DNA from: Octopus bimaculoides
Taxonomy: Eukaryota
Reading direction: 5' to 3'
Length of the DNA stretch: 43,609 nucleotides
Assembly: GCF_001194135.2 (NCBI RefSeq)
Contig: NC_069003.1
Location: 11,487,340-11,530,948 of the forward strand
Shown here: positions 19,971 to 43,609 of the stretch, one piece after another
How the letters are laid out: the number at the start of each line of letters is the position of its first letter
How positions within the stretch are numbered: the first letter of the stretch is position 1
The notes under the pieces: model-generated
Told to the model about the DNA's origin: nothing
What the model saw: the letters and a program-made list of their open reading frames with translations, nothing else
Databases searched by the model: none
Translations under genes and position numbers: made by a program

Positions 19971-21174
19971 TTTATGCCAGTCCTGTGCAGAAATAAAAAG
20001 TAAATATTTGTAGTTGCCATGAGAGAAGGTTACCAAAGAATCGCCCCAGAAAGTGTATTTTAAAAACTGCTTGCATTAAAAGCAGCTAATATTGGGGTAG
20101 TATTAAATGACATCCCTGGATTAATCTGGTGGCAGCTAATCTATTTATGGCTGACCATCTAATGAAGGATTCAAACTTTGACCAGTTTTAGATAAAGAAC
20201 TTCAAATCAGAAGAAACTGCTCTATTTGTCAGCAAACCACCACAATGAAGCCATACAGAGCAACAAGACTATACCTGCACCAACAAGGTATTGTGGATCA
20301 AGTCAGGAGGGGACCAAGAAAACTTTCGAAAACCTTAAAACTAACAAGTAATTCAAGCATTTGTAGCTTTTTCGAGATTTCCTAACAAAGGAGGAGTGTG
20401 TGAGCATAAATTAAATTTTCGAAGACAAGACACGGGCAACCTTTTACGAGATTTTACAAGAAGCAGACCACATAAGACATGGTTCATAAGAAGGCACCAC
20501 TAAAAACAATTGAAGGTAAGTTTTCACTAAGCATGCCATTCAGAAAGTCTGTTGGGCCGCAGGTTGCTCTAAGAGGTGGCAGATGGTCAAACACAAATTA
20601 TAACATTTGCACAACCTGTTTGAAGTGACCAGCGAAAGAAGTAGAATTCCCTCACCCCTGCCTGAGAACTGGGAGAAAGGAAGGAAAATCTCAACATGGA
20701 CCATTGAACTATATATATATATATAATGATTTTGCTTAGGTATAGTAATACTAATAACCTGTCATTAGAACTTTTCGTTTTGAGTGCACAGCTGTAAGCT
20801 AATGGAGTATGTAATTCTTCTCTTAACATAACACACTATGTATATATGCCTGTAACGATATTCCTCACTACTACTGATCCAAACCAGGGCAGTAACAATG
20901 TGGCTTACACCAGGGGGGTAAACAACTGAAGAATATAAAAGAGAGAGGAATTTGGTAAATGCTGCTTTGAAGTGTAATGACTTATGTAATCTGTGATAAG
21001 AAAAGAATCCAGATTAAAGTTTTCTTTTCAAGTTCACCCACTAGATCCATTGCAAAGCACTTCTTACGACATCTAAAGAACATTTAGGAAAACAGACTTT
21101 TAAATAAACAAGTTTATATTCTGGAAATTAAAAACAGCAATAATTACAGCTAAATAGTTTCCAGAGGCAACATT

Positions 21175-21180
21175 TTTATT
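21175..21180 (-). terminator. Candidate polyadenylation signal of SDHB
   Basis: AATAAA on the minus strand about 100 nt after the stop codon. Confidence 0.5.
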
Positions 21181-21281
21181 CTAACATAAAAAAAAAAGGA
21201 AATGTAGATGTAATAATATACTTTATATATACTGTGGAGAAGTTCATCTGATTATAATTAAATACTACCAGCTAATTACCA

Positions 21282-43129
<21,848 letters not shown>

Positions 43130-43240
43130 GTTTGGGTTGTTGTTGTTTATGTAAGAGTACACTTACACTCTACTTGTACCCACACTCCACTCCACTGTTA
43201 ACTGCGCATGTCAAGTGCGTCACACCGGAATAAGCTTATG
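43130..43240 (-). promoter_or_regulatory. Probable SDHB 5'UTR/core promoter with partial NRF-1-like (TGCGCATG, 43203-43210) and ETS-like (CCGGAAT, 43225-43231) motifs
   Basis: Immediately upstream of the exon 1 ATG; CpG-containing; motif matches by eye only. Confidence 0.45.
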
Positions 43241-43284
43241 TAAGCGAGACAACACATGCACAAACACGTACGCAGATATATATA

Positions 43285-43323
<39 letters not shown>

Positions 43324-43609
43324 TTCATTTTTACATACAACACACGCATGTATTTATATGTATATATATATATATATACATACACACACATATACATACA
43401 TCTATAAGCATACCTACACTAATGTGCCCCACCTCCTCTCATTAGACTGTTTCCTCCAAACTTTCAGAAAAATGGATATTCTTTTAATAAATATTTCTAA
43501 AATACTTTTCATTTCGTGTAGATTACGATCATATATGAATTTAATGTGAAAAAGAAAAAATATTATTTGGCGCGAGCGCGCACTCTTTTTTTTTTTTTTT
43601 TTTTTTTTT

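Noticed and set aside
43570-43609. GC-rich GGCGCGAGCGCGC followed by poly-T at the window edge
   Set aside because: Truncated by the window end; cannot be interpreted (possibly a retrocopy poly-A tail on the minus strand).

Overview
Eukaryotic, AT-rich, repeat-dense genomic DNA with six short N-gaps. The SINE/LINE/MITE repertoire points to a cephalopod, probably Octopus (inference; no database search was run). Two spliced genes face each other tail-to-tail, and I could rebuild both by hand with GT-AG boundaries and continuous frame. On + is an F-box/WD40 gene matching FBXW9 (8 coding exons, 6954-18856, 438 aa). On - is SDHB, the succinate dehydrogenase Fe-S subunit (9 coding exons, 43129-21282, 292 aa). 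Almost everything else is mobile DNA: about 25 copies of a tRNA-headed SINE with an internal microsatellite, further SINE families, RTE/Expander and R4-like LINE remnants, and mariner-, piggyBac- and hAT-type MITEs. There is also one degenerate 5S rRNA copy. I found no new multi-gene system. The best leads are small non-coding structures: a perfect 27-bp pre-miRNA-sized palindrome and a second hairpin in or near FBXW9, a 5S rRNA/SINE-tail chimera, an RTE lineage with a tandemly repeated C-terminal module, stem-loop arrays in a retroposon 3' region, and repeat or splice-site arrangements that could affect SDHB splicing or editing.
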